64,000 nt of DNA from Verrucomicrobiota bacterium (GTDB lineage: Bacteria > Verrucomicrobiota > Lentisphaeria > Lentisphaerales > Lentisphaeraceae): positions 1-64,000 of the forward strand of contig JBDKFG010000019.1 of the NCBI GenBank assembly GCA_039798785.1. Reading direction: 5' to 3'. This document shows positions 40,272 to 50,041 of the stretch, in pieces. A program made the translations under genes and the position numbers. The notes under the pieces are model-generated. The model saw nothing but the letters and a program-made list of their open reading frames with translations, was not told where the DNA came from and ran no database searches. How positions within the stretch are numbered: the first letter of the stretch is position 1; every line of letters starts with the position of its first letter.

Positions 40272-40288
40272 GCGCGCCGCTTTCACAA

Positions 40289-40364
40289 GCGAGTGTAGCT
40301 CAGTTGGTAGAGCGTTACCTTGCCAAGGTAATTGTCGTGAGTTCGAATCTCATCACTCGCTCCA
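40289..40364 (+). tRNA. tRNA-Gly(GCC), identical tandem copy
   Basis: Identical to 40196..40271, separated by a 17-bp spacer. Confidence 0.97.
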
Positions 40365-40372
40365 GATGTCAA

Positions 40373-40406
40373 GAGCCCGCCGGATCTCCGGCGGGTTCTC
40401 GCTTTC
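40373..40406 (+). terminator. Terminator after the tRNA pair
   Basis: gagcccgccgg/ccggcgggttc stem followed by tcgctttc. Confidence 0.65.
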
Positions 40407-40503
40407 CTGGAGCTCGTTCCCCTTGGGGCGTGCCAACGCCCTGGCGCTCTTCCTTTCGCCAAAGGAGAAAGGCGTTATGCGCAAAATGGCCAGGGAATCG
40501 GCC

Positions 40504-42021
40504 TCATTCCGCGACCGTGGCGGGCTTCTCCGGCAGGTTCAGCGGCAGCCTGACGGTGAAGATCGATCCGCCGCCCTGAGCCTTGCTCACGCTGATGTCG
40601 CCGCCGTGGAGGATGACGATCTGGCGAGACAGGGGGAGGCCGAGTCCGGCGCCGTCGGCGCGACGTTCGGCGCCTTGGTGGAATTCCTGGAAGATCAGGT
40701 CGCGTTCATGGTCTGGGACGCCGATGCCGCTGTCGACGACTTCGATCAGGGCGGCATCGGGTTCGAGGCGGGCGCGGACTTCTATCCTGCCGCCGGTGGG
40801 GGTGAACTTCAGGGCGTTGCCGATGAGGTTGTCGATGACCTGGCGGAGCCGGCGGGCGTCGAGGGAGATGATCAAGGGCGGTGAGGGAGGCTCGCAGAGC
40901 AGTTCGAGGCCAAGCTGGCGGGCGCGGGGGACGAAGGCGAGGGCGCATTCCCTGACCAGGGCCTTCAGGTCCTTGTCGCGGCGCTCCAGCTCAAGGGTGC
41001 CGGCCTCGAGCTTCGCCTGGTCGACCAGAGCGTTGACCAGGTCGAGGGCGTGGCAGGCGGTGCGCTGGATCCGCTCCAGCGAGTCCTCTTGCTTGGCGGT
41101 GAGATCGCCGTGCAGGCCTTCGAGGAGGAGTTCGGAGAAGGAGGAGATCGAGGCGAGCGGCGCCCGCAATTCGTGGCCGAGGTGGCGGATGAACACCGAT
41201 TTGCGCTTCGACAGCTCGGAATGGAAATCGGCCTCCTTGCGGATTGCGGCGTTGGCGGATTCGAGACGCAGGGCGGTCTGGCGCAGGCGGCCGGCGAGGA
41301 GGTTGAAGCCGCGCACCATGTCGCCGAGTTCGCCGGGTTCGGCGGCGCCCGCCTGGACCTGGATGTCGAGTTCGCCTTCGCGGAGGCGCCGGGCGGCGCT
41401 GGCCAGTTCGCTCACCGGTTCCCGCAGGGCCTGGCCGAGCTGCCAGGAAGCCCAGGTGGCGCAGCCGCCGAGGAGAAGCCCGGAGATCAGCATCAGCAGC
41501 TGCACCCGGTCGAGATCGGTGCAGGTCTGGTCGAGGCGAGCCAGAAGGGTGTCCTGCGAGTTCCGGATCAGAGCCGCGATCTCGCGGCTCAGGAGAAGCT
41601 GGATCTTGCGGCCTTCCTCGTCCGCCTCCTGGGCCTCTTCCGACCAAGGGTTTTCCTTCAGTTCCTGTTCGAGAGCGGCGATCACCAGGGACATTCGGGA
41701 GCAGAGAGGTCGGAGTTCGCCGGCATCCGGCAGCGATTCGACGCTTTGGTACAGGTCACGGAAGCGGTTTCCGAGCTCGTTGATGCGAGCTGACTGGTCT
41801 TCGGTGTCGCGGGTCGGCCTCTGCCAGGCCTTTTCCATCAGCCTGGTGGATTCGCCCATGTTGACCGCTGTGCGGACTTGGCTGCGGGCGGCGGCGGCGG
41901 CGGCCTTGGCTTCGTCGGAGCTGCGGCCGAGCTGCCACCAGACCAGAGCGGTGAGGAGCAGCAGGCCTGCAAGCTGCAGGGTCGGGCCGAGACGCCGGGC
42001 GGCGACGAAACTGATCTTCAT
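40504..42021 (-). CDS. Sensor histidine kinase (2 TM, HAMP)
   Basis: LGHELRAPL, NLIGNALKFT, DSGIGV, GAGLGLPLS. Confidence 0.93.
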   Translation of the reverse strand: MKISFVAARRLGPTLQLAGLLLLTALVWWQLGRSSDEAKAAAAAARSQVRTAVNMGESTRLMEKAWQRPTRDTEDQSARINELGNRFRDLYQSVESLPDAGELRPLCSRMSLVIAALEQELKENPWSEEAQEADEEGRKIQLLLSREIAALIRNSQDTLLARLDQTCTDLDRVQLLMLISGLLLGGCATWASWQLGQALREPVSELASAARRLREGELDIQVQAGAAEPGELGDMVRGFNLLAGRLRQTALRLESANAAIRKEADFHSELSKRKSVFIRHLGHELRAPLASISSFSELLLEGLHGDLTAKQEDSLERIQRTACHALDLVNALVDQAKLEAGTLELERRDKDLKALVRECALAFVPRARQLGLELLCEPPSPPLIISLDARRLRQVIDNLIGNALKFTPTGGRIEVRARLEPDAALIEVVDSGIGVPDHERDLIFQEFHQGAERRADGAGLGLPLSRQIVILHGGDISVSKAQGGGSIFTVRLPLNLPEKPATVAE

Positions 42022-42031
42022 TCAAGCCCCA

Positions 42032-42160
42032 GAGGTTGAAAGGTTGAAAGGTTGTAAGGCGGAGCCGAAGCAGCTGCAGGCAGGCCATGCGATGAGGAGG
42101 CTGCTTTCACCTTGTTTGTCGTAGTCACCCTTGTTCATGAGTTCGCCTTTCAACCTTTCA
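42032..42160. repeat. GAAAGGTT inverted-repeat element
   Basis: gaggttgaaaggttgaaaggttg at 42032..42054 and cctttcaacctttca at 42146..42160. Confidence 0.8.
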
Positions 42161-42168
42161 CCCCTGTT

Positions 42169-42987
42169 TCAAGGCTGCGGCGCTTCGGGGAAGCGGAGGC
42201 GCAGCAGGCGGCTGCGATCACCGCCCGGAGCGAGCGGGCCCGGCGGCGATTCCATCGTCCGGACCACATCGAGCTGCAGCAGACTGCCGGGGACGAGGCG
42301 CAGGTCGTCGGTCTGCACCGTGTCGAGCGCCCGTGAGAATTCCACCGTCCAAAAGCCCTCCTTCCATTCTCCTTTACATTTCACATCCATGCGCGAGCCG
42401 GTGGGAGGCAGGGCTTCGTAGCGGTTGGGATTGAGATGCAGGGTCTTGACGTCGTAGTTGCCGCTCCATGGCCGCAGGCCTTCGTCGGGAGTGCTCACCA
42501 GGAAGTGCGGGGTGCCGTCGGGGGCGACGCTTTTCAGCGACTGCGCCGGTTCTTCCAGGGAGAAGACTTGGAGGAGGTCGTCGGCGGCGCCCTCGCTGAG
42601 GCGGCAGGCGCCCCAGTACCAGGTGTCGCAGGTGACGGCTCCCGGGCGTTCGGACTGCAGCAGTCGGATACAGAGAGAGTCCTCTCTTTCCGGTCCGACG
42701 ACGAAGCGCCGCTCCGCCGCGTTCCACAGCCAGGGTTTGTGTTTGGTCATGGGCTCTTTGCAAGGGAAGCGCAAGACGAGGTAGACGCGGTCGCCGTTGA
42801 CCGCGGCGCGAAGGCTGACAGGGCCTTCGAAGCCGGGGCGCTCGAGCTTCACCTCCGGGCACTCCTCCCACAGGGGTTCGTACCTGCCGTCGATCTGGGG
42901 TGCGCTGCCTAGCTGCGGCACCGGACAGGGGTCGGGGGCCTCTGCGAAGAAGCTGTGGCACAGGAGGAGGAGGGGGGCGGCGATCAT
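42169..42987 (-). CDS. Secreted DOMON-like / ethylbenzene-dehydrogenase gamma-subunit-related protein
   Basis: Signal peptide; APQIDG...W, VSLRAAVNGDRVYLVLRF, GPEREDSL, DTWYWGACR, KGEWKEGFWTVEFSRALDT. Confidence 0.7.
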   Translation of the reverse strand: MIAAPLLLLCHSFFAEAPDPCPVPQLGSAPQIDGRYEPLWEECPEVKLERPGFEGPVSLRAAVNGDRVYLVLRFPCKEPMTKHKPWLWNAAERRFVVGPEREDSLCIRLLQSERPGAVTCDTWYWGACRLSEGAADDLLQVFSLEEPAQSLKSVAPDGTPHFLVSTPDEGLRPWSGNYDVKTLHLNPNRYEALPPTGSRMDVKCKGEWKEGFWTVEFSRALDTVQTDDLRLVPGSLLQLDVVRTMESPPGPLAPGGDRSRLLRLRFPEAPQP

Positions 42988-43171
42988 GCGTGACCTCGGG
43001 GATTCGATGGGCGACAATCTAGTGCGGCGCCGCGTTATTGGCACCGCCAGAGGCTGTGGGGCAGGAGCGGACGCTCCGAAACTTCTGCGGCGGCGCCCCC
43101 CGGATCTTGCCAGCTGCGCGCCCGGAGCTAGATTCTCGGCCTCTACGAAGCACAACACCGGGGTCGTCTCC

Positions 43172-44260
43172 ATGAAATTCGTCATCGAACAATCGGTTTT
43201 CTCTCAAGGTCTCGGACGCGTCCAGGGCGTCGTCTCCACCCGCCCCGCCATCCCGGTTGTCGGCCACTTCCTCATCGTCGCCCATGGCCAGCACGTGATC
43301 ATCACCGCCACCGACATGGAGCAGTCGATCACCATCCGCCTTCCGGCCCGCGTCGAAATCGAAGGCCAGGGCACCATCCCGGCGAAGAAGCTCACCCAGA
43401 TCATCCGCTCTCTTCCCAACAGCGACATCACCGTCAGCTTCGACGACGCCCAGAAATGCCAGATCGCCTGCGGCAAGAGCCGCACCCGTCTGCAGGGTCT
43501 CGCCCCGGAATCCTTCCCCCTCGAGCGCGGTGAGCTCGCCGGCCGCGACCTGACCTTCCGCTCCGGCCAGTTCCGCCGCATGCTCGACAAGATCGCCTAC
43601 TCCGCCGCCGCCTCCGACGAGCGAGCCGTCCTCAACGGACTTCTCCTCTCCATTCTCGACGGCACCTTCACCGCCGCAGCCACCGACGGCCGCCGCCTTG
43701 CCTTGATGGAGACCGCCGTCGATGGCGACGCCTCGCTCAACGGCGAGACCATCCTGCCGATGAAGGCGGTCTCCGAGCTTTGCAAGCTCCTCCCCGAAGA
43801 CGGCGAAGTCCGGATGATCCTAGGCGCCGCCCGCGCCATCTTCAGTACCGGCGAGTGCACGCTCCGCACCAAGCTGCTTGAAGGCGCCTACCCCAACTTC
43901 CGTCTCATCCTTCCCTCCGGCTTCAGTCGCCAGATCATGATCCCCCGCCAGGAACTCGAACAGGCGATCTCGCGGGTCAACATCATCCTCGAAAGCAGTA
44001 ACCCCTCGATCAAGTTCCAGATCGAATCCGGCCTCGTCAACGTCGTCTCCGCCGACAACGCCGACGACTGCTGCGAAACCGTCAGCGCCTCTTACGAAGG
44101 CGAAGCCACCACCATCGCCTTCAACCCCGGGTACCTCCTCGAGGCCCTCAAACGCCTCGAATGCAACGCCATCACCCTGCGCTTCAATGACAAGGTCAGC
44201 CCCACCGGCATCTTCGGCGACGAGGGCTTCCTCTACGTCATCATGCCGATGCGCTCCTGA
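43172..44260 (+). CDS. dnaN: DNA polymerase III beta sliding clamp
   Basis: 362 aa; ATDME, TIPAKK, LNGLL, AATDGRRLA, TKLLEGAYPNF, IAFNPGYL, terminal YVIMPMR. Confidence 0.96.
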   Translation: MKFVIEQSVFSQGLGRVQGVVSTRPAIPVVGHFLIVAHGQHVIITATDMEQSITIRLPARVEIEGQGTIPAKKLTQIIRSLPNSDITVSFDDAQKCQIACGKSRTRLQGLAPESFPLERGELAGRDLTFRSGQFRRMLDKIAYSAAASDERAVLNGLLLSILDGTFTAAATDGRRLALMETAVDGDASLNGETILPMKAVSELCKLLPEDGEVRMILGAARAIFSTGECTLRTKLLEGAYPNFRLILPSGFSRQIMIPRQELEQAISRVNIILESSNPSIKFQIESGLVNVVSADNADDCCETVSASYEGEATTIAFNPGYLLEALKRLECNAITLRFNDKVSPTGIFGDEGFLYVIMPMRS

Positions 44261-44262
44261 AC

Positions 44263-44318
44263 CGGTCGAAAGGTCGAAAGCTTGAAAGGTTGAAAGGTTG
44301 TCCGGCCTTTCAACCTTT
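44263..44318. repeat. GAAAGGTT inverted-repeat element (short loop)
   Basis: cggtcgaaaggtcgaaagcttgaaaggttgaaaggttg followed by cctttcaaccttt. Confidence 0.8.
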
Positions 44319-44360
44319 TGCTTGCCACTCATACTTAATTCTTAATGCGTACTTCCGGCC

Positions 44361-45425
44361 ATGATTACCCGCCTCGAGCTTCGTGATTTCCGCTGTTTCG
44401 GCGAAGCTCAGCTTGAGCTCGGCCCGGGGGTCACCGTCTTCGAAGGTGCCAACGGCCAGGGCAAGACTTCACTGCTCGAAGCGATCTTCTTTCTGGGCCT
44501 GCTGCGCTCCTTCCGCAGCGGCGACCTGCGCCTCCTGCGGCGTTGGAAGTGTCCCTCTTTCCTGATCCGCGGACGGCTCGAGAACGGCTTCGAGATCGCG
44601 GTCGAACAAGGCTCTGAACGCCGACTCCGGGCCGACGGCATGCCGGTGGCGCGCTCCAGCGACTTCGTCCGCTTTCTCGGCCCCGTTGCCTTGTCGCCGG
44701 AAGACATCCGCCTCAGCAAGGGGCCGGCCGCCGAACGCCGCCAATTCCTCGACATCCTCGGCTCGCAGCTCTCTGCCGCCACCCTCGGCGCCCTGCGCGA
44801 CTATGACAAGGCGCTGCGCCAGCGCAACCAGCTACTTCGCCTGCAAGCGTCGGACAGCGAACTCCGGCCCTGGGAATACCTGCTTGCCCGCTCCGGTGCC
44901 GCGGTCATGCAGGCGCGTTCCGCCTTTTTCCCGGGACTCCGCGCCGCATTCCTGGATGTCGCCGCGGCGCTCTTCCCCGCCGGAACCCCCCTTGATCTGA
45001 AATTGGTGTCGTCGCTCGATTGCGCCCCCGGCGGCGAAGAGGAGTCCCTGCTCCTTGCCCTCGAAGAGGCCCGCCCCCGCGAACGCGAACTCGGCAGCAG
45101 CTCCATTGGCCCGCACCGCGACGAGCTGGCCATCCTCCTGCAAGGACGCAGCCTCGCTTCTCACGGCTCCGAAGGGCAATGTCGTCTCGCCGCCATCTCC
45201 CTCCGCCTCGCCGCCGCCGAATTGCTCGACAGCCCCGAGGCGCCGGGGCCCATCCTCCTCGTCGACGATGTCACCGGCGAACTCGACGCCCGCCGCCGCG
45301 ACGTCTTTTTGCAGCGCCTTGGCCGGTTCCCCCAGGTCTTCATCGCCTGCACCGAATGCCCCGCCCTTCTGCGGGACGGCGGCGCCCGCGTCGTGCAAAT
45401 CGAGGGCGGACGCCTGGTTCAATGA
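44361..45425 (+). CDS. recF: DNA replication/repair protein RecF
   Basis: LRDFRC, GANGQGKTSLLEAI, RSFR, ERRQFLD, GPHRDEL, GSEGQ, LLVDDVTGELD. Confidence 0.95.
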   Translation: MITRLELRDFRCFGEAQLELGPGVTVFEGANGQGKTSLLEAIFFLGLLRSFRSGDLRLLRRWKCPSFLIRGRLENGFEIAVEQGSERRLRADGMPVARSSDFVRFLGPVALSPEDIRLSKGPAAERRQFLDILGSQLSAATLGALRDYDKALRQRNQLLRLQASDSELRPWEYLLARSGAAVMQARSAFFPGLRAAFLDVAAALFPAGTPLDLKLVSSLDCAPGGEEESLLLALEEARPRERELGSSSIGPHRDELAILLQGRSLASHGSEGQCRLAAISLRLAAAELLDSPEAPGPILLVDDVTGELDARRRDVFLQRLGRFPQVFIACTECPALLRDGGARVVQIEGGRLVQ

Positions 45426-45850
45426 AATTCCACATAACGACAACAAAATTAAACGACCTGCATCACTCAAAATCAAGCTCAGGTTAACAGCAGAAGATGC
45501 AGAGGAACGCAGAAAGCGTGATCGGCTGAGCGGGACCCGCTCAGCTTTCTGCATTTTGTGCTCTTTGTCCCTTTTGTGGCCATCTTGCTCATCTTCGCTT
45601 CTTCGTTCCTTGAGTGATACAGGTCGAAATTAAAGATTAAAGACGTCGCCGATGCGCCCCTTGAAGAGTTCCCAAGACTTTGGAGTCAAGCGCACTTTGA
45701 GCTCAGAGAGCGCCGTGTAATCGAGGTTAACGACTTGCGTTTCAAGCTTTCAACTCGCGAACTGTGTTTCCGGGTTGAAAGCTTGAGCCATGGCAGCGAG
45801 AGAGCGCAGCTTTCGAGGGTGGATGCCGGGGGTTCTGCCTTGCAGATTTC

Positions 45851-47362
45851 TCAATTCCCTTGCAGGACTTGATTGAGGAGCAGGGCGCAGGCCGGCTGCT
45901 TCTCGCTGCGGGCGACGTCGGCGGGACTGAGGCCGCTGGCGTCCCGAGCCTTTGGGTCGGCTCCGGCAGCGAGCAGGGCGCGGCAGCAGTCGACCAGGCC
46001 TTTGCGGGCGGCGGCGTGCAGAGCGGTGTCGCCGGCCTTCGAGACGGCGTTCACCGGGGCTCCGGCGGCGGCGAGGGACTTGATGATTGCCGACGCCTCC
46101 TCTTCCAGGCTGAGGCTCCAAAAGACCGGGGTGAAGCCGTCGTTGTCGGCGTACCGCGGATCCGCCTTGGCGGCGAGCAGGGCGTCGACGCTTGCGACAC
46201 GGCCACGCCGGGCGGCGACATGGAGAGGCGTCTCGCCGTCGAGGGCTCGCAGATTGACGTCCAAGCCGTGTTCGAGCAGCAGTTTCATCAGGTCGGCACG
46301 GCCCCAGAAGGCGGCTTCGTGGAGAAGGCTGCGTCCCTTGCCGTCGAGGAGGGCCCAGGACTTCGAGGCGGTCAGGCTTTGCAGGAGGGCCGGGCTGCCG
46401 GCGCGGATGGCGAACATCGCGGGGCTGCGGCCGGAGCGGTCGAGGAGCTGGATGTCGGCTTTCGACTGGATGAGGAAGTCCACGGCCTCGGCCTTGCCGG
46501 CGGCTGCGGCGTCGTGCAAGGCGCTGCGGCCGTCGCCGTCGACTGCGTTGACGGGACTGCCGGCGAAGACGAGGGCTCGCAGAGCTTCGAAGTGGCCCTG
46601 ACGGGCGGCTTCGTGGAGGGCGCTGCGGCCTTTCAGGTCGACGGAGAAGAGATCGCTGCTGATCGGCAGGAGTTCGCCGGAGCAGTCGCCGGCGGAGACC
46701 GGCTGGATCAGTGATTCCTGGAGGGCGTTGCGGCCGTTTTTGTCGCGCAGCTTGGCATCGGCCCCGGCCTCGACCAGGATGGAGATGAATTCCGGACGGC
46801 GGTGTGCCGCGGCTTCATGGAGGGCGCTGCGGCCGTTGACATCCCTGATGCGGGCATCGGCGCCTGCGGCGATAAGGAGCTTCAGCTCGACGGCGCGGAC
46901 GGCCGGAGCTGCGAGATGGAGGAGGCCGGCGCCATTCTTGTCGAGCGCCTTGGCGTCGGCACCAGCCTCGAGGAGGACCCTGATCACCTGGCTGCGGCCA
47001 TGCCAGACGGCTTCGGCCAGGGGGCTGCGGCCGTCTTCGTTGCGAGCTTGCATCGACAAGCCGGCGGCGATCAGTTCGCGGCACAGAGAAGGGTGGTCGT
47101 GGATGGCGGCGAGATGAAGAAGGCTGTTGCCCTTGTCGTCGACGGCGCTGAGTTGTCCGGCCTGCTTGGCGAGACTGCGGGCAAGGCGGTCGCGCTTGCC
47201 CTTGGCCACCATCTCCAAGATCGCGGCGGAGAGCTTCGCAGGCTTCGTGGCGGCGGTCTTGCCGTCGGCGGGATTCCCGGCGGGAGTGGCCGTCGGGAAG
47301 GCGGGACTGGTGCAGGCGGCGAGACTGCCGAGGAGAAGCGGGGCGAGAAGTTTGCGGAGCAT
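45851..47362 (-). CDS. Ankyrin-repeat lipoprotein
   Basis: MLRKLLAPLLLGSLAAC lipobox; about 12 GxS/TALHxAA..G...LxxAGAD repeats. Confidence 0.9.
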   Translation of the reverse strand: MLRKLLAPLLLGSLAACTSPAFPTATPAGNPADGKTAATKPAKLSAAILEMVAKGKRDRLARSLAKQAGQLSAVDDKGNSLLHLAAIHDHPSLCRELIAAGLSMQARNEDGRSPLAEAVWHGRSQVIRVLLEAGADAKALDKNGAGLLHLAAPAVRAVELKLLIAAGADARIRDVNGRSALHEAAAHRRPEFISILVEAGADAKLRDKNGRNALQESLIQPVSAGDCSGELLPISSDLFSVDLKGRSALHEAARQGHFEALRALVFAGSPVNAVDGDGRSALHDAAAAGKAEAVDFLIQSKADIQLLDRSGRSPAMFAIRAGSPALLQSLTASKSWALLDGKGRSLLHEAAFWGRADLMKLLLEHGLDVNLRALDGETPLHVAARRGRVASVDALLAAKADPRYADNDGFTPVFWSLSLEEEASAIIKSLAAAGAPVNAVSKAGDTALHAAARKGLVDCCRALLAAGADPKARDASGLSPADVARSEKQPACALLLNQVLQGN

Positions 47363-47500
47363 GGTGGGCCTCTGGGAAGTGTTCGGCGGAGAGAATAACA
47401 CCTGTCGCCGATTTTGCGGCGCGTATCGCATGGGAAGAGTGGCCAATTGGAGCGGAGGAAGGAAATTGCGGCGAGGACAATTCAGGGAAGGAGCGGCGAA

Positions 47501-48589
47501 ATGAGGCTGGGATTTTGCATGAACATCTTTCCGGGCGAGACCCTGGAGGAGTGCCTGAGGGCGCTCCGCGGTCCCTGCCGCGAGGTTAAGAGCCGATTCT
47601 CTCCCGGCGCGGCGCTGCCTGTCGGGCTGCGGCTCGGGGCGCTCGCGGTGAAGCAGGCCTTGGCGGACTTGCCGCGGCTGGAAGCCGCGTTGCGAGAGGA
47701 AGGACTGGCAGCCTTCACCGTAAACGCGTTCCCCTACGGCACTTTCCACGGGGTGCGGGTGAAGGAGCAGGTCTATCTGCCGGACTGGAGCGATCGGCGC
47801 CGTCTCGACTACTCCATCGACTGCGCCCGGATCCTGGCGGCGCTGCTTCCCGAGGGCGGCGCCGGCAGCATCAGCACCGTGCCGCTTGGCTACGGCAAGG
47901 GGCCTCTCGACAGCCCCTGGCCGCTGCTGCACGAAGCGGCCGCGGCCCTCGCCCGACTTGAAGAGGAAACCGGCCGGCGCATCGTCCTGGCGCTCGAGCC
48001 CGAGCCAGACTGCCGGCTCGAGACCTGTGACGAGGCCTTGGACTTCTTTGCGTCCCTTCCCGATGCTCCGCCGCTCCGCCGCCACCTCGGCATCTGCCTT
48101 GACACCTGCCACGCGGCCCTGCAGTTCGAAGATCCCCTCGATACCCTGCGGCGCCTCCTGGACGCCGGCATCGCGGTGCCGAAAATCCAGGTCTCCTCCG
48201 CCCTCCAGGCCGGCTCGCCCGCCGCCGCCCGGCTTCTCCAGCCCTATGCCGAAGGCGTCTACCTGCACCAGACCCGGATCCGCCAGGAGACTCGGACCCT
48301 GGCCTTCCCTGATCTGCCGGAGGCCTTGCTCGTCGCCCCCGCCGGATTATGGCGCAGCCATTATCACGTCCCCCTCTACATGGAGCGACGCCACGACGGA
48401 CTTGACAGCACCAGTGAAGTCCTCACCCCGGAATTCTTCGCCGCCGCCGCCGCCGCAGCTTGCGATTTGGAGACCGAGACCTACACCTTCGAGGTCCTCC
48501 CCGGAGATCGCGGCAGCGTCAGCGATTGCCTCGCCCGGGAGCTCGAATTTGTCCGCCGCCGTCTTCCGGCGCCGCCCTTTTCCAGCTGA
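47501..48589 (+). CDS. eboE: EboE-family TIM-barrel (xylose-isomerase-like) protein
   Basis: LGFCMNIFPGET, GLRLG, TVNAFPYGTFHG.RVKEQVYLPDW, GSISTVP, LALEPEPDC, HLGICLDTCHAA, KIQVSSAL, YLHQT, WRSHYHVP, LETETYT. Confidence 0.88.
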   Translation: MRLGFCMNIFPGETLEECLRALRGPCREVKSRFSPGAALPVGLRLGALAVKQALADLPRLEAALREEGLAAFTVNAFPYGTFHGVRVKEQVYLPDWSDRRRLDYSIDCARILAALLPEGGAGSISTVPLGYGKGPLDSPWPLLHEAAAALARLEEETGRRIVLALEPEPDCRLETCDEALDFFASLPDAPPLRRHLGICLDTCHAALQFEDPLDTLRRLLDAGIAVPKIQVSSALQAGSPAAARLLQPYAEGVYLHQTRIRQETRTLAFPDLPEALLVAPAGLWRSHYHVPLYMERRHDGLDSTSEVLTPEFFAAAAAAACDLETETYTFEVLPGDRGSVSDCLARELEFVRRRLPAPPFSS

Positions 48590-48698
48590 ACCGAAAGATG
48601 CGAGCCGGAAAATCGCCGGCTGGCGGTTTTTCTTGCGGAAAGCGCCCGGAGCGCTATCTTGCGGCCCCATTCTCTCGAAGCACCCGGAAATACTGTTC

Positions 48699-50015
48699 AT
48701 GAAGCACTTCGTCGCCATCACCCTTGTCCTTGCCTGCGCTGCCCGCGGCGAAACGCTGCAGGAGGCGGTTGCTCGGGGCTTGCAGGCCCACCCTGCGGTG
48801 AGAGCGGCCGACAAGAAGGCGGAGGCGGCTGACGCCCGCATCGGCACGGCCCGCGGCGAATTGCTGCCCTCCCTCGACTGGAAGGGCGAATACGGCCACA
48901 GCGACGAGAGAAGCACTCTCTATCAGGATCCCGCTCCCGGCCGCGCCGCCGAGGTGAACACCAACAGCTCCGCACTCCGCCGCACCGGCACACTGACGAT
49001 GACGCAGCTGCTCTACAAGTACGGCATGCTGGAGGGGATCGAAAGCGCCCGTTCCACCAAGGCGCAGAAGGAGATGGAGGCGCGGGCCTCGCGCGAGGAT
49101 CTCGCCGCCCGCATCATCAAGACCTACCTCGACGTCGACAAGAACCGTGAATTCATCCGTCTCGCCGAAGAGAATGTGCAGAAGCACCAGGAGATCCTCA
49201 AGACGGTGCAGATCCGCTTCCAGCAGAAGCTCGCCAACGGCGCCGACGTGTCGCAGGTCGAAGGGCGCTTGTCGCTCGCCCAGGCCCAGCTCGAGCGCGA
49301 AAAGGCCTTGACGCCCGCCTACGAGGCGGCCTATCAGGAAGCTGTCTGCGCGCCTCCGCCCGTCGACATGTCCCTGCCGGTTCTGCCCCCCAACATCTTC
49401 CCCGCCGATCTCGGCCTTGCCTTCGAAGGCGCCAAGACCAGCCACCCCCTGCTGCTGGCGGACGGCCATGCCATCGAGGCGGCCAGCCATGGTCTGAAAA
49501 ACAGCGACGGCCGTTTCCTGCCGCAGTTCAGTCTGCAGCTCAGCGCCAGCGCCAGCGACCGTTCCCGCGGCGACGACACCGAAAGCTCCTCCGCCTCCGC
49601 CTTCCTGGTGATGGACTGGAATCTCATCCGCGGCGGCGCCCACTACCATGACCGGATCAGCCAGCTCTGCGAGATCGACGCGCTCGACGACACCCGCCGC
49701 GACCACATCGAGCAGATCCGCCGCGACCTCGCCGGCGTCTGGCACCAGCGACGAGCCCTCACCGTCGAGTACGGATTCTACGAGAAGAGCGTCGTCTCTT
49801 CGCAGCAGACCGCCGATGCCTTCACCGAGCAGTATCGCCTCGGCCAGCGCACCCTCTTCGACCTCCTCAACGCCAAGGCGGAGGTCTTCCAGGCCAAGCT
49901 CAGGATCAGCGAGTCGAAGCACGCGCGCATCCAGGCTGAGCTCGACATCCTCTACCGCATGGGGACCTTGGTCGAAACCATCGCTCCAGGCGCCGTCAAA
50001 ACCGTTCAGCCTTGA
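48699..50015 (+). CDS. TolC-family outer-membrane channel (AggA/LapE-like)
   Basis: Signal peptide; ETLQEAV..GL..HP, LLPSLD, FLPQFSL, QYRLGQRTLFDLLNA. Confidence 0.92.
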   Translation: MKHFVAITLVLACAARGETLQEAVARGLQAHPAVRAADKKAEAADARIGTARGELLPSLDWKGEYGHSDERSTLYQDPAPGRAAEVNTNSSALRRTGTLTMTQLLYKYGMLEGIESARSTKAQKEMEARASREDLAARIIKTYLDVDKNREFIRLAEENVQKHQEILKTVQIRFQQKLANGADVSQVEGRLSLAQAQLEREKALTPAYEAAYQEAVCAPPPVDMSLPVLPPNIFPADLGLAFEGAKTSHPLLLADGHAIEAASHGLKNSDGRFLPQFSLQLSASASDRSRGDDTESSSASAFLVMDWNLIRGGAHYHDRISQLCEIDALDDTRRDHIEQIRRDLAGVWHQRRALTVEYGFYEKSVVSSQQTADAFTEQYRLGQRTLFDLLNAKAEVFQAKLRISESKHARIQAELDILYRMGTLVETIAPGAVKTVQP

Positions 50016-50041
50016 ATCCTCCCAACGGAGCCGCCCCTCTC

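Noticed and set aside
40196..40364. Identical 76-bp direct repeat as a CRISPR array or prophage att site
   Set aside because: Both copies are complete tRNA-Gly genes 17 bp apart. There are no spacers, cas genes or integrase.
42797..43171. N-terminal extension of DnaN in the ORF track
   Set aside because: It overlaps the opposite-strand gene. Starting at ATG 43172 gives the normal beta-clamp length.
45851..50015. Apparent 805-aa ankyrin and 709-aa TolC proteins overlapping eboE
   Set aside because: Upstream open-frame artefacts. Signal peptides mark the real starts at 47362 (-) and 48699 (+).
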